DNA of 64,000 nt from Lingula anatina (GCA_051362555.1 CM120640.1:49764788-49828787), one strand, 5' to 3'; numbered from the stretch's first letter, positions 26,128 through 40,025 are shown. Notes: generated by a model from the sequence alone, not told the origin. A program made the numbers and translations.

Positions 26128-28079
26128 CTCGTGTGAAATTACAATGAATTTGTTGTAAATATTGATGCTTGAAACACTCTGACGAAGGATTATTGTAAAA
26201 ATACACAATAAGCATGTCAAACATTTAAAAAAGTCAAATGTTTTACCTTATGTTAGAGGACAGTAGTCCCAATATCTTTATACATGTTTTGCTTAATCAT
26301 ACGCTACCTTTGAACTAAATTTCCTCCACAACTTCCGAAAGAAAAAAGAAGAAAGGGAAAAGGAAAGAAGGAAGAAAGAATATAACATTTGTTCCTAAAA
26401 AAAAAAAAGAAAAAAAAAAGATAAAATGAGCCGTCACAGTAATATTTGTTATAGAACTATTGATTTAAGTAAGCCTCTCATTAAGGATAAACCTGCCCTC
26501 TCTACCTTCCTGGGCGTTTATACTGTCATACTTAACTTAACAGAGTTGCATTTTGGAATTTTGGCTGCAGCTGAGGGCTGTTCCTACACATTGTTCGCTC
26601 AACAAATATTCAAATTAAACATGAAACTTACACAAGAGGGGCGTGGTCTCTTCTTAAAGGCAAAAAGGCAAAGAGAAAAGCAAAGAGAAAAGATCATTTT
26701 ATCGTAAACAAAGGTAAATGAAACTGGATTATAAAAAAATGACGGTCCCTAAAAAAGTAAGTAGTTTCAAATTGCTGCATTTCCTCCACCTAAATAAGTA
26801 TGGGAACATCAATATAACAACTCCGTAAGTTGTTCCTAGGATCCTTGTATACAGGGTTCTAGGTTGTTCAAAAGTATTTTATCAAAATTCAAAAGAAAAT
26901 AGTGCAAAGTAAGAACCATGTCCTTCAGATAAGCGTGTGTTTTCCTCCAGCTACGAATGAGTGATAACATTTCTTTTGCTGCTGATTAATACGGGTAAAC
27001 AAATACTCCGGTCCTTCGAATTATTTTAATTATTTTGACATATACTTGCACATTTTGTTCTTGTCTACGTTGGTCTGTTTGTGAGCACACAGCATTTCAG
27101 TGTTAATATTATGGTGGATATGTAAATCTACATTGCATTGGATTTTATGAAGGGACGGGTGCCTGAGGGGGGGGGGGGGCTGGTGGATGTACATTTATCA
27201 AGAAAGGCTCACTCAAAATGGTATTTAATGACATGAGTCCGTTGGCTCTTCTGAGGGCGGGTGATTGGGAGACGGGTAAGACGCCAAAATGTTTCGAGTA
27301 GGCCCTACTGGTAACATATTTTACATGAGCAAACAACAATTGCAAGTTAAAAGCGAGCTATTTCATGTGAACAACGAGAACAGGTTACACAAGTTTTAAA
27401 AAGAAATGCAATTATCGCTGCAGTGCACACACTTCTGTTTAACCTTAATGTTCTTTGATGTAGCATTGTGTTTCTGCTCACTTTACCTTTTACGAAGCAA
27501 GATGCTGCACGTGCACGTGCGAATGTGCGTACGAGGATCAGACGCATATCAGACACCCAGTCGAACACACAGACACACTCTTAAACATTTTTTCATTAAA
27601 ATGACCTAAGGCACGTAGGAGTGATATTTTGTTATTTGTGAAATAGGCTACAGAGTAGAAAACTTTCAACAAGGCTTTAATTTGTACTAAACTTAAATTC
27701 ATCTTATATTTCAAGCAATGAGCAGACATAGGACAATATCTTTATGGCATGACCCCAATGTTTTGACTTTTTTGTTGCAAAGGTTACGCCAATCAGAAAG
27801 AAGAAGTACGTTTTTTAACGTGATGCATGCAAAGTTTTGCTCATAGAATTGTACAGAACGTGAAGATTATTTATTTAACGAAAAAAAAAGCAATCTCATT
27901 TAATGCAATATTTGCTGTGTTATGTGATATATTCAAAAAGAGTGCAACTTACGGTTAGCTGGTTGGTTTTTGATTACCCTCTAGTGGGGCGACAGATTGA
28001 TTTTTCACAAGATATTCACAGATATGTCTTTAGACAAATAGACGTTCATGGATTCTCTGGCTTTTGGAAATTTTGCCTA

Positions 28080-29012
28080 TAATATCTGCCACCCTGGTAG
28101 AGGGTAGTTTTTTTATAATGCTAAGCAGGGTACATTTTTCATGGTAACCCCTAATGCAATGCGTAAAATGATACAGAAATAAAGCCATAAGCAAATGTTT
28201 TTTATTCAACTTCTACAAGGATTTTTACGAATTTATCCCACACATTCTCAACGAGGTACTGATCTAGGGATTTCGCTGGCCTCCTCTTGCATTGGCTGTA
28301 CGTGGAGTAGCATGCTGAAACATAGCTGGGTGGTCACCGTCCATAAAGACATTCACGACAGAATTCCTTTCCATTTCTTAGATGTATTGCTCTGCATAAA
28401 GGCTCCCGTTGACCACTACTAGTTTGGCTACAGCATGGCAGCAGATACACTCCATACAATCGGTACCATGACGGATATTGATATGTCCGTCCTGTTGACC
28501 AGAGGCAGAAAACTTGGAAGATATTTCTTACCAGCTGTTCTACAAATCCTTCCACATCCGTTACTTCAGACAACGCTGAACCTGCTTTCATCTGAGAACA
28601 GTAACATTGTTGCTGGGTCGCGTCCATCCCAGAATTCTGGTACACCATCTGACTCGATGTAGACGGTTCCTGATGGTGATCACTGGTGTCTTAACAGCAA
28701 TCCTGCCAAAATAAGAGCGATTGTGCAGACGTCTTCTGGCGGTAGACTCAGAAGACATGATTTGCCTTATTCTGGTGAAATGATGCAGTCAAGTGCCTTG
28801 ATGTCATGAAACATTTTCTATGCATATTTCTACGCATATTAAAAATATAATTGATGTTGGGATTGTTCAGTGATCAAACTAGGTAGGGCAATGTTTTACT
28901 GCTCACATCCCCAATTTACATGATGATCGGTTACCTAGTTGTTACAAGGTTACCCTGCTTGCAGCGTACATAAATGCTGTGGGGTGACACTTTTTTTTGT
29001 TAGGGGAGTATA
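28080..29012 (-). mobile_element. Decayed Tc1/mariner transposon with transposase pseudogene (~28250-28760)
   Basis: Minus-strand frameshifted translation gives TARRRLHNRSYFGRIAVKTPVITIRNRLHRVRWC...W, LLFSDESRFSVV*SNGCGRI, SVMV, LVVVNGSLYAEQYI*, MFQHATPRTA, matching Tc1 HTH/FSDES/FQQDNA segments. A Tc1-like terminus reads TATACTCCCCTAACAAAAAAAAGTGTCACCCC on - from 29010; the other end is degenerate, so that boundary is approximate. Confidence 0.8.
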
Positions 29013-29194
29013 TAAATCCCGCCATTTAAGTTGTCCAAACATGTAATGTCAGACAAAATACCGCAGTGGGGCATATTACTTTGTTTAACCTTCCTCAGCC
29101 TTTCCTCATTGGGGTATATTAGATGGGGGATAATAGAAAATTAGAATAGGATCCCAAATGTAAGAATATGGGTTTTGAGTACGAGGCTATGTGC

Positions 29195-29915
29195 CAGGAT
29201 AGACCAACTCTGTACCAGTTCCGGGGGCGAGGGGAGGGGAAGCAGGTGTAAAAGCAAACCTTGGCTGTTGTCAAAATGCAAAAGTTTTTGGTTAAAGTTT
29301 TCTGGTAAGCGTAAAAATAACACACAAAAAGAGTGCATGAAGACTTCTTCAGATATGTGATATTATTTATCAAATAAATGATTCAACAAGTGCCACAAAC
29401 TGTTTTTTAAGCTTCGCAGTCTGTCAGCTGTTTTGTGTTTCTTTTGATTTTTATTAATCGTTCTTTCAAGAAAACAACTGGGTTAGACCAGCTCTGCACC
29501 AGGTTAGATCAACTCTGAACGTATCTCAATAATCAAAACACAGCAGGTGTTAGGATTTATTGTAAAAGCAGACTTTGACCAATGCCACAACGCTTGTAAA
29601 AAAAAAAAAAAAAAGAAAGAAAGAAAGAATAAAAGGACGTTAATGGTTTAAGGAGATTTTTTAATCGCAAATACGGAAAGATGACACAAAACCATATTTT
29701 CTGATGAGTATAATGATAAAAAAAAAAGTGTAAGTATAGTGAGATAAGATTAGAGTAAGATAAGATATCGATTACATGAAGACTTCCTCAGATATTTGGT
29801 ATCGTTTATCAAATAAATGGTATAACAAGTGCGTCATGCCCTTTTTAACCTATGCAATCTGTCAGCTGTTTGGCGTTTCTTTTGACCTTATAAATAGTAT
29901 TTTTAATAAAACTTC
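29195..29915. repeat. Diverged tandem duplication (two copies)
   Basis: CATGAAGACTTC(T/C)TCAGATAT...TTTATCAAATAAATG...AACAAGTGC...TCTGTCAGCTGTTT...GTTTCTTTTGA at ~29337 and ~29775; TAGACCA(A/G)CTCTG(T/C)ACCAG...AGCAGGTGT at ~29200 and ~29484. Confidence 0.75.
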
Positions 29916-31451
29916 TTGGAAGGTCACCCTATTTTGCCGTCTTGCGAATAATGTTAAACACCTTTTTAAAGTCATATTTTTGCTGCATTGACGTCATTTG
30001 TTTTAGAACCTGTTGTCCATAGCATTGCCATCTGTTAGTTTTATTTTATGATCAGTGTTTTCAAAACATCTAATAAAAATAAGTAAACGTATTTATCTCT
30101 TCACAGATCCAAATTATTAAGACATCGATGTCGGTATTTTTAGCATACAGCAACAGGAACACTCTTTGACAAATTTTTAGCATATATACATTCCTTCCTG
30201 CGTTCATAGAAGTGGATGGCTTTATCTCAAGTTGGACATTTAGGGAAAACGATTTCACTCGAAAAACCTCTGAAAAGAACAACCAACAAATCCCTCAGTT
30301 GAGGAAAGGAAACCTAAGCTCAGTTCAGGGGCGTGAAGTAATCAAAAATTCTTTACACATTACTTGACCTGAAATGGTAATTTTCTTCACATTATTTCCG
30401 CACTTATCACTTAAACTGCTTGCTTCCTTTATTATATGGCACCGGCGCTGATATAGACTACAGCTGTATCGGTTTAAACATATTTCTTGAATGTCATATA
30501 TCACACAGCGACATTATAGCGGTGCTAGCACGCAGCGTTCACAGCAGGAAACTTCATTTACCAACGACAAATAGACATACATAAACGAACATTCGATGAG
30601 CCTAGGTCAGATCGGTTATCAACAAGGCTATGGAAAAGCATTGGATAGTGCTAAGTGAATGTTATCCGATCTATCCCCACGGACTCATTTAGACGCCGTG
30701 CATTTGTTACCTTAGAATAGCGTTAGATATCTTTGAATGCCTCATTCAAAGCGTAATAAGAAGTTTAAAAACTGAATTAGTAGATTTGAATGGTTAGTAC
30801 ATCAGCGTTGTCGTCTGATCAGGATTTTTATATATTGCATCAAAATAACAGAAAGGCGATGAGTGTGTTATAAGCTCCTTTAGTGCGTGCTTATAAATGA
30901 AAGATAAATTTCTTTGCCAATCGGACTTGATATTAAACACTTTCTCTTTTTAAAAATGTAATTAAGACTTACATCTACAGTATATTTTTCTTGTGCTTTA
31001 AAAAAACTTCTGCTGACTGTAACAGATGTTCAAAGAAACATCATTGTGGTTGTTGAGACAAGAAAAACATACAAAAATCTATTAAAATGCCATGATGCAT
31101 ACACAGTATTCTTGATGTGCAGGAGTCCAGCGGGTGCAGGTTCAATCTGAATATCCAGAAGATAAAATATCCTTAGCCAAGAACTGTCATTTTACGTTAT
31201 GATGCCGACGATATAGGCCTATCTTCTTGGCAAATTCTTCTTAAAATGTATCTTGGGTTTTATAATATAAAGAGTCAATGTAAAAAATATATTGCAACCC
31301 AAGTAGAAAATAAATTTTTCTTTTTTTAATATCCCAACTCTTCATAGTTCACGTGAAAAAAAAAGCGAAATGGTCTGGGGAGGAGGTGAACTGTCCTTGG
31401 TTATCGTATACGACAGTAGTGTAAGTTTTTCGAAAGAAAAGAATAGTGTAC

Positions 31452-31901
31452 CTATTGTGATACTTCGTTGTAATCATGTGCAGAAAAACATATGGCATCT
31501 AAATCAGTTTCCACCGGAGTTTTGCAGTCGTAGTCATTAGCATCAAAAATTGTCTCATATCTAAAATATTCATTAGCAAAATCGCTGTCACTATCTGCTG
31601 CCAGTACAACTGAACTGGTTTCCAGTGTTTCCGCAATAAACTGGTGGCTAGACTCGTTCAATAACACCTCCTCCCAGGATATTTCTGGCACGGTCATGTC
31701 ATCGAACAGAGCGCAGAAATTCAAAGGCACGTAGCCTAAGGTTCCTCTTACCGTTCGAACGAAAGCCCACCCTCTGATGTGACAGTATATATCAACGTAG
31801 TCGCCAGCTTCAGCATAAAGTTCTGTGGGCTCGACTGGGCAAAAATTATAGATGACCACAGCAGCATGACCTACTGGTCGCAATAAGGTAGACTTGGACA
31901 T
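31452..31901 (-). CDS. Small single-SH3-domain protein with acidic tail, 149 aa
   Basis: VVIYNFCPVEPTELYAEAGDYVDIYCHIRGWAFVRTVRGTLGYVPLNFC fits the SH3 pattern (YDF...EL...GD.V.....W......G..P). The C-terminal half is D/E-rich. Uninterrupted ORF. Confidence 0.8.
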   Translation of the reverse strand: MSKSTLLRPVGHAAVVIYNFCPVEPTELYAEAGDYVDIYCHIRGWAFVRTVRGTLGYVPLNFCALFDDMTVPEISWEEVLLNESSHQFIAETLETSSVVLAADSDSDFANEYFRYETIFDANDYDCKTPVETDLDAICFSAHDYNEVSQ

Positions 31902-33929
31902 AGAAATCCAGCGGAAATGATCTTATTCGAATAAAAACCAATTCTCTTTACTTGTGCTCGTAACCTTTTGGTCCTTAAATGTATTTTTCAGAACTTAAGT
32001 GCACCTTCTTTAAACAAGACACGCAAATTATAGACCCATATTGTTTAAAAGGTGCATATCAAGAAGTTTCGCGTGTTTTTCTTAATTTACGACCACTCTT
32101 CCTTAAGCTTGACAGTAATGGGATTTAATTGGGAAATACATGCACCTTTATGAGGATTCCCGAGAGCTATTTTTTCTACGTGAGAATTATTGCTTATTCA
32201 TAAAAAATCTTGTTATTTATTCACTTAATGTATATATGAAGAAAGTTATGAGACAAATGAACGCTCATCATGTTTTAGTCATTCGTATATGGTATTCATT
32301 TTCATTTGGTTTGTTGTTGTTGTTTACAAAATAGGTAGGCCTAAGGCTCTTTTACTATAGACCATTTGTCATGGTTTCAGTCAAATATTTTAATACATTG
32401 CAAATGGTATGGTGCTACACTGGACGACGATCCGTGGAGATAACACTTACTCGGGAGACGATTCGTAGTAGGTGTTTATTTAAAATCTTTTGGAGTTTTG
32501 CTCACGCGATACATCGCATTACGTGGATAAATGATCTTTAAAACTCCTTATTTACATAACTATCTTCCAATTTTTTTTATATTTTGGTGCTAAATCATTG
32601 AAGTAAATCATTAGGTGGGCACGTTTTACGAAGGATATGCACCATTTAAGCTATTCTGTTAGTATACCGCATCTGCTTTAAGCGTTTTAACCCTCACATC
32701 ACCAATTTAAACAAACAGAGCACGTTGTGTTTTTCCTCCTGTCTGTTTAAAACCTTTACTTAGTTTTCCTCGTAATATCTAAATATTTATCATTCATGAT
32801 ATTTTGTAGGCCTACCACTAAATGTATATCCTTTAGCGCATTAATCGAAGCACGGTTGGTTGTCATTATTGCCTACTCATAGGATGGTCATAAACTAGGA
32901 ACATTTTCAATTTTTGTCAACTTGCTCGGTAATATCTTAGTATTTTTCTTTATATTTCCGGGTGTCACTTGAGTAAAAGGAGTAGGCCTAAGCCGTTAGT
33001 TGAAAATGCAAGAGTTTGTATTCACTAATTCTCAATGTATAGGTCCATTTAAGATTTTTTTAAATTTTGTTCAAATATAACTAGCGTTTGTCCAAGAAGA
33101 ACTTTTCAGTTAACCCAAGCATCGGTCTATCAACTGTAAACACCGAAAAAATAGTAACTAAATTTATCTGTCATGGAATAAAAAACATACTATATGTTAA
33201 ATCTTCGTTACTGTCGCTCGCAACACCAACACTCGATCTCGTGCATTTTTACTAGCGTATAATAATAATAATATAGGCTACTGTAGGCCTAATTTGCAAC
33301 TTGTCGAGAAGCGAGTATGATGTCTAACGTCTCACAAAGTGTTGAGAATCAGTAAAATAAACGTGCATTTCGTAATACCCGGCCTTTAACGCAGTCTAAT
33401 TTTTGTTAGAATTGAAAACGTGCAAATATTATCGAAAAGGGTTGATATTTTAAAAACTCACGTTACCGTTACTCAAACCTTTGTTACTGAATTCGAAAAC
33501 CGTTCACTGGGTCTACTAGCATGGTATGAATCGGGAAGTGTTTGCATGTTGTAAGCCTACATAAAAAGTTAGATTTATCAAGGAGTTAGGACTGTTGTAG
33601 CCTAACTCCTTGGATTTATTTGTTTCTGTCACTAGAGTTTTAAAAAAAGTAGAATTGGCGAATGCATCTTTGACTTCATTTTTAATTTTCCCTCTGTTTT
33701 TTCTAATGGTGTTATATATCATTTAAAATTCGGTTGTAAATTTAGAATCGCTGATTGTGACTACGTGTTTAAGGTTAACTCTTGGACAAATAATTCACTT
33801 TTATTCGGTCAAGGTTAACATTTAACGTTACCATATTCACCATGTAATCTTTTCTTTTCAGCTGGCACTCTAAGCTTATATGCTCTAAGAGTCACTCATA
33901 AACAAGCACTATGGTTAGGATGCTATGTT

Positions 33930-34072
33930 TATTGAATCGGTGACAGCACGAATTTCGTCACTTTTTGCTTGCTCTCTTCCTGGTTTAAGCGCCACCTTTC
34001 TCTTAAAATTTGTGTTGTCACGTGACCATCAAAGATACCAAAATAGTGCCGAGGAACAAGTGGCTAGTTTTT
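33930..34072 (+). promoter_or_regulatory. Probable promoter/first non-coding exon of CaMKK with palindromic GTCACGTGAC
   Basis: GTCACGTGAC at 34017-34026 and a GTAAGT donor at 34073; CpG content drops sharply a few hundred bp downstream and stays low through the CaMKK exons. Confidence 0.55.
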
Positions 34073-37000
34073 GTAAGTAAGTATTATATGGTATTGAAAG
34101 TCTTTTGGAGAACATTTCTATCTCTTTCCATACATTAATAGAAACGATGTTTATAACGTGGCAATATGCAGTAATTTTACGTTATGGCTTTTAGGGTGCG
34201 AGTTGTCTGCTCATAACCTCACTTCAGTAACTAATAACATCATTGTCGCTAATGTCAGATCATTCTACTAGATCTACTACTAGTTTAGTACAATAGTTAC
34301 TGCATGACACATCTCAGTGCTACTACAACTGGTAGTCAATAATTGCATCTCGTAGTTGAAGCACAGTTGAAGCCCAGGTTCGTCTATTTGGTATTAGTTG
34401 TAATACTGAGTACACCTTACACCCAGTAAGTACTGCACCAATCTTTTTTAACTGAAAAAGGAAACTCTAAGCCTATATCAATAGTATTGTTAATGAAAAA
34501 ATAAGGATAACATTACAGGATCCATTTGGGACAAAATGTTTTTTTTCTATTGATGTTCAGCAGTGGTTTGCTGTATGAACAATATTAGGTAAGCATCATA
34601 CATTATATTTTTATGTTTTTGATTATATACATACATGTATATGTAGGTACAGCTTGTACATATAGCCATTTGTTGATTTTGCAATGACATCTGAAGAGTG
34701 GCATAAACTCATTAATTTTATGCACTTGATGTTTCATGGGCAGTACCCATGTTGGACACTTTCTTTTAAATTCTTATATATTAAAAATAGATGCAGCAGG
34801 GCACAAAATTAAGTCCTTTAAAATTCACCAAACAACTTCACTTTACTACCAATTTCAAACTTAAAAGATACCCCCAACCAAAATAAATGATTAAAAAAAA
34901 TGAATGAATAAAGAAATGATTAGTATAAAAATACCTATTTATCTGTGTCATGTAAGTGGATCCATGTGGTCCACTATCATGCATTGCACTAATTAATTTC
35001 CAGTCAAACACCACAGTCTGATTTGAAGAACTGATTTAAATAATTTAAATTAATATTAACTACTATTACATATATCTGATATTTAGAGTTAGAAAGTTGC
35101 ACCTCTATGATATTTTCTCTAACATTCAGAGGGATATAAATCTTGTAAAATTCTGAAATGGTTGCATTGACTCTTACGATCTCATGACTAAAGACATATT
35201 CTTGAAAAGATGACAGAAGTAATCCTTACATTGGACCTTTACCCATGTCATATTTATTGGCGCAATTAATGTTAAATTGAAAAGATTAAAATATAGGCAT
35301 ACACTGTACACCTTCCACTCATTTCTCAGTAAGCTGCAGTCACATAAGTAGGATATTAGTCGCATCCTAGTGCCAGCTTCATTTTGCTTGAAAGTGAGGA
35401 TATTAAGATCCAAATATGCTTTGCATATAATATCACTTTTTATCCAATTAGTTCAGTTGGCAGCAACATCCTCTCAGGTGCTGATGATAATGAGTGATGA
35501 AAGGTATTGTTAAATTCTTTAGATAAATGGTAATTGGTTGACAAATAAAAACTAAAAAACTACAGAGAGAATGCTAAAGGTATAAACCTTTGCATAAATA
35601 CTCACATTTATCACATGCTCTCACAAAACAAAACTTCGTTTTGATGGGAAATAAGAAAATTTAACTTCTGCTCTATAAATCTGTGGAAAGTCTGCTACAC
35701 CTTTGCTCTTTTTATTTTGATTAATGGTTACGTTGATGCAGAAAAATAGAGAACATTTTTTTTGTTCCTGCCAGGGGTTAAGTAGGCCAATGACTGAACA
35801 GTATCACAGGTGTGAAAGGTTTCCAGTTGATGCTTGACTATGTGAACTGTGCAAATTTTCAAAATATTTCATGATGAATTACTCATCAAAGTATGACTTT
35901 TTGAGCTTTACACAGACACAGACCTCTTCAGGCTATTATTTGTATAGAAGCACCAGGGCAACGTTATTTCAAATTACACTTGTAAATGGATTATTTCTAA
36001 TCAAGCTTGATTATATGCATGTTGTTGCTGTGTTTATTGACATTTGGTGATCAATACTTAGAGAAAGGGGGTCAGTGTCAGGCTGCAGTTAGTGCTATTG
36101 CTATCCAGTAGGTAATCTTTGGTGAGAATCTAGGGATAAGCTGCCCTGGATGCTAATGATAATAATAATAATAATATTAATGATAATAACATCATGATTG
36201 TTGTCATGCAATATATAATATTTAACCAATTTTTATAGCACTGTTTTGTTTATGTGATATTTATGATTAAATAATTATACCTTATTAGAAACAAAAAAGT
36301 TAAAAGCAGTCTTGATCCTGTACTCCGTTAAAATGATGTAATAGGCCCCTCCACAGTATTTTGCCCTCTGTAGTATATTTTTCCTTCATTATATTTGATA
36401 AAATCTTTTCATATCTCAAGAAAAAGATGAAGGAAACCAGTATTTGCAACTGACCTTAACTTTTTGAAATAGTTTTGAGGGAAAGGAAATGCCATGTAAG
36501 GGAAACTACTGTAGAATGACCCAGGAGATTAAGAAAAGGAGAGGTGGTTTTAACTTTGTACTGAATAATTGTTCAGCTTGTGGAACAGATATCAAATGGC
36601 CTGTTTGATCAATTTAAAAAAAGGAAAGAAAAGGTATGTGCTTATAATCAATAAAACTTGGAAAAGATCTTCTAAAGGTTTTGTAAACCTTACAGATTAC
36701 TTTTCCTTTTAGATTGTTGTAATCTCTGATCTTTGATGATTGTGTTTGAGTGAAGATGCCTGATTCAGACTCTTTTCCATCTGATGCAAGGCGTAAAATG
36801 CTTTTCTCATGTTCTTTGCTGAAAGCATGAAAAGAGATCCAATTCAAGAATTGAAGGATCATTAGGTTTTATTTGCCTGATAATCTGCTGAAGATGTCTT
36901 TATAGGAACAGTATATGTCCACTTTATACAGAAAGTCTAAGATTCTTATTGATTGCCTGCAACTCACTGCTTGCCAACCGAGAACTCTGGTTGTCAGGCA

Positions 37001-40000
37001 TTACCTGATTACTTTATTATAGAGCTGAAGTGAAAGCCTTTGAAAGGGGACTGATAAGAAAATTAAGCAAATGAACTTAATACTATTGATTTCTATTTTC
37101 TCATTTGAGACATAGTTGATAACTATTAGGTAAATGTATATCTCTGTCAGATTGTACACATGATGCCTTACTATGATATACTTTGAGGTATTACTTATTA
37201 AACTTTTTCTACTTAGTCCACAACATATAAGGTTTATTCTGGAAAAAGATCCTGTGTGTAATTGTGAATTAAGACTTCACATGAATTCTTGGTTAATAAA
37301 TTATTCATGAAATAGTCCCTCCAGTTGAAGACATATCACCACTTCATCTGCCACTTGGTTGCCCGAAGTCCAAATACTAGTGGGTCATTGATGTTTTACT
37401 GTCCTCTCTTCAGGAAAATTGTAAAATGGATCCTTTGAAACAAATACGCTATATAATTGATAATGACACTGCCCTATTTGTCATCTAAGACTGCTATTAA
37501 ATGACATAATATTGTCTACTGATTAGTAAGTGTATCTTAATATAGTACATACAATGATTTAAAAGTACTTTATGATCATTTGAGAACTAAGAAAAATTAA
37601 CTTATAAAACATTACGATAGGTGCATGTTTTAAAAATTGCATATTTTCAATTTGTTATGATAACTGCTGAAACAGGTCATAAGGATTAAGTGCATGATTA
37701 TAAGATATGATATTTGTATTCCAGTCTCAGTTTTCAGAATTAATATAATTTAAAATCTGCTAAGCCTTTATTCCATATTATTTACAGAAGAGAAAATCCT
37801 ATGTGGATTATTTTTGAGATACTAAATACCATTCATTCTACTTTGTGTGGATTTAATATATATATATTTTTTCTACAATGTGTGTTTCCATCCAAATGTC
37901 TGTATGTACACATTACTCTATTGATTGTAAGTGAAATGTTTGCTGAGTTTACAATTGCAAAGTCAGCTTACAGTCTATACATACTCTGGGACAGAATATT
38001 TCTGTTTTATGTGCTGAGTGTAACCAACTTATTTTTCAGTGCTTTATGTTATTTGAGAATAGTAGTCTAAAGTGCAGATGGATAGGTTACACCCAAGATG
38101 AACCCTTTCCACATAAATAAGCCAAATTAGTAATTGTTAAGGCAGACTACGTTGGTACTTAGAACTTTGATTATTGTTTCAGGGATTAAAACCATGGAGA
38201 AGACTAAATAGCACCAGTTGAAGTAAGAAAAACATGTAAATTATTGCTCCTGAAGGATGTTGCTGTAACTGCTGGTGCCACAACTATTGAGCCAATTATC
38301 AGCTGTATTAGGTGAGCCATTATTAGATTAAGACTTCTTGATGCATGTACAGGGTATAAGTGATGGGATACATTACCAGCATGTATTTCTTTGAATCATT
38401 TTACATAGTAAAAAAAGTATTTTGAGTCTTTGTTTTGGTCCATGGATTTAAGTATTCAACCAAATCACTTTTGGATGAACCAGTGGCAAATTTTTGAAAA
38501 GAGATAGTGCTTGTGGTATTACTTAAAGAAGAAAAGATTATCATTTACCTTTTTAAAAAAGATTGTAAACAATACATCTAGCCAAGCATTTATTTGATTT
38601 CACATTACAGTGTCCTGCACTCTGCTGATGGTCTGGAATGTGTTGGTGTATCATGGCTGTAAAAGTGGGATATTAATGTCTGTGTGATTATTCTGTTGTA
38701 TCTACTGGATATAATTTTATATAGTCACAGTCTTCAATAACAGCTTTATGCTTAAGCAAGCTTCCTTTCCTGTTTCCATTTTTACAAATGAAAACATGTG
38801 GAACATGTTGAACTCAGGACCCATTTTATGGACGCCTTGGCAAATGGTTGTTGAGAAGAGTGCACCCCCCCCCCTCCCCAGCAACAGTCTTTCTTTTAAA
38901 TTACATTACTATTGTGGTGACATTGTTTTTTTTTTTTCACAATGGAAGGTATGGCTGAATGCTGCTTTCGTAACCAGGTGGTTGTTATGGAATAATCTAT
39001 GAAATTACCACAGAACACACATCAAGCTTGCTCTGGTTGAATTGGACCAGTATGGGATCAGGTAAGCCATGTACATTTTGGTTCATTTCTGTTTGATTTA
39101 TAAATATTTTTAGGACTAGTTTATTACCATGTTAAAGTTTTTGGGTTTCAGTCATATAAGTATTGCTAATAAGGCAAAATAACTCTTAGTTCATTCCTGC
39201 AGTTAAGTCTGTTGTTGTAGTACTCACTGTTGAAACAAAAGAAACTTATAGATCGGTGCTATATTGATTGCTCAAACATTTGTTAGAATAATTGAATATT
39301 TCTCATTCAAAAATTATAGATCTGAATTTAAATGTAAATAATGAAAGTGATAGTAGTGTTGGTGGCTGGCCTGTATAGGCCAATCATTGAACTCCCCATT
39401 TCTCTCTGGTTAGATTGGCACTGGTAATGAGCAAATGTATAGCAAGTTCCATCGTGGGACAACTTAGAAATGATTTTTTCAGATGCTTAGGATATTAATT
39501 TGATAACAAGACAATATAAGAGGTAGTGGGGGGGGGGGGGGGGGTTAAGCTGGTATAGTTTTGGACAGCTCACCATTATTGTGAAAGCTATATATTGTCA
39601 CTGTGCAGAAAAAAGTGGTGGTGTAACATAAAAAACGTAACATGTTACAGGTAGTTGTTGCAGTTATCACCTTGGTACCAAACAAACAACTTGCTTTGAC
39701 ATACTGTTTTAGTTCTTACAATTTGTTCACCATGACTCACTACTGTTTCAGTAACACTTTCAGCACCACCACCACCAAGAATTACATTATATACATGTAT
39801 GTTGTTAATATGACATATAGGCATTAGGAAAAGCACATTTAAATATTTTTCCCTTGCAAAGTGAAAACAAGATTAAATTAACAGATATGACCAGAAGAAA
39901 TTAATAACTTGGTCAATGAGTGCAACTGCCCTATATTTATTTTAAATTTGTTTTATTCCATTTTAATGGAAAAAACATGGTATTGGTCAGTAAGTGGAGG

Positions 40001-40025
40001 GAAGACAGCATTCGCAACAGCGGAT

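Noticed and set aside
27505-27522. Tandem overlapping E-boxes GCACGTGCACGTGC
   Set aside because: No nearby demonstrable transcription start; short motif only.
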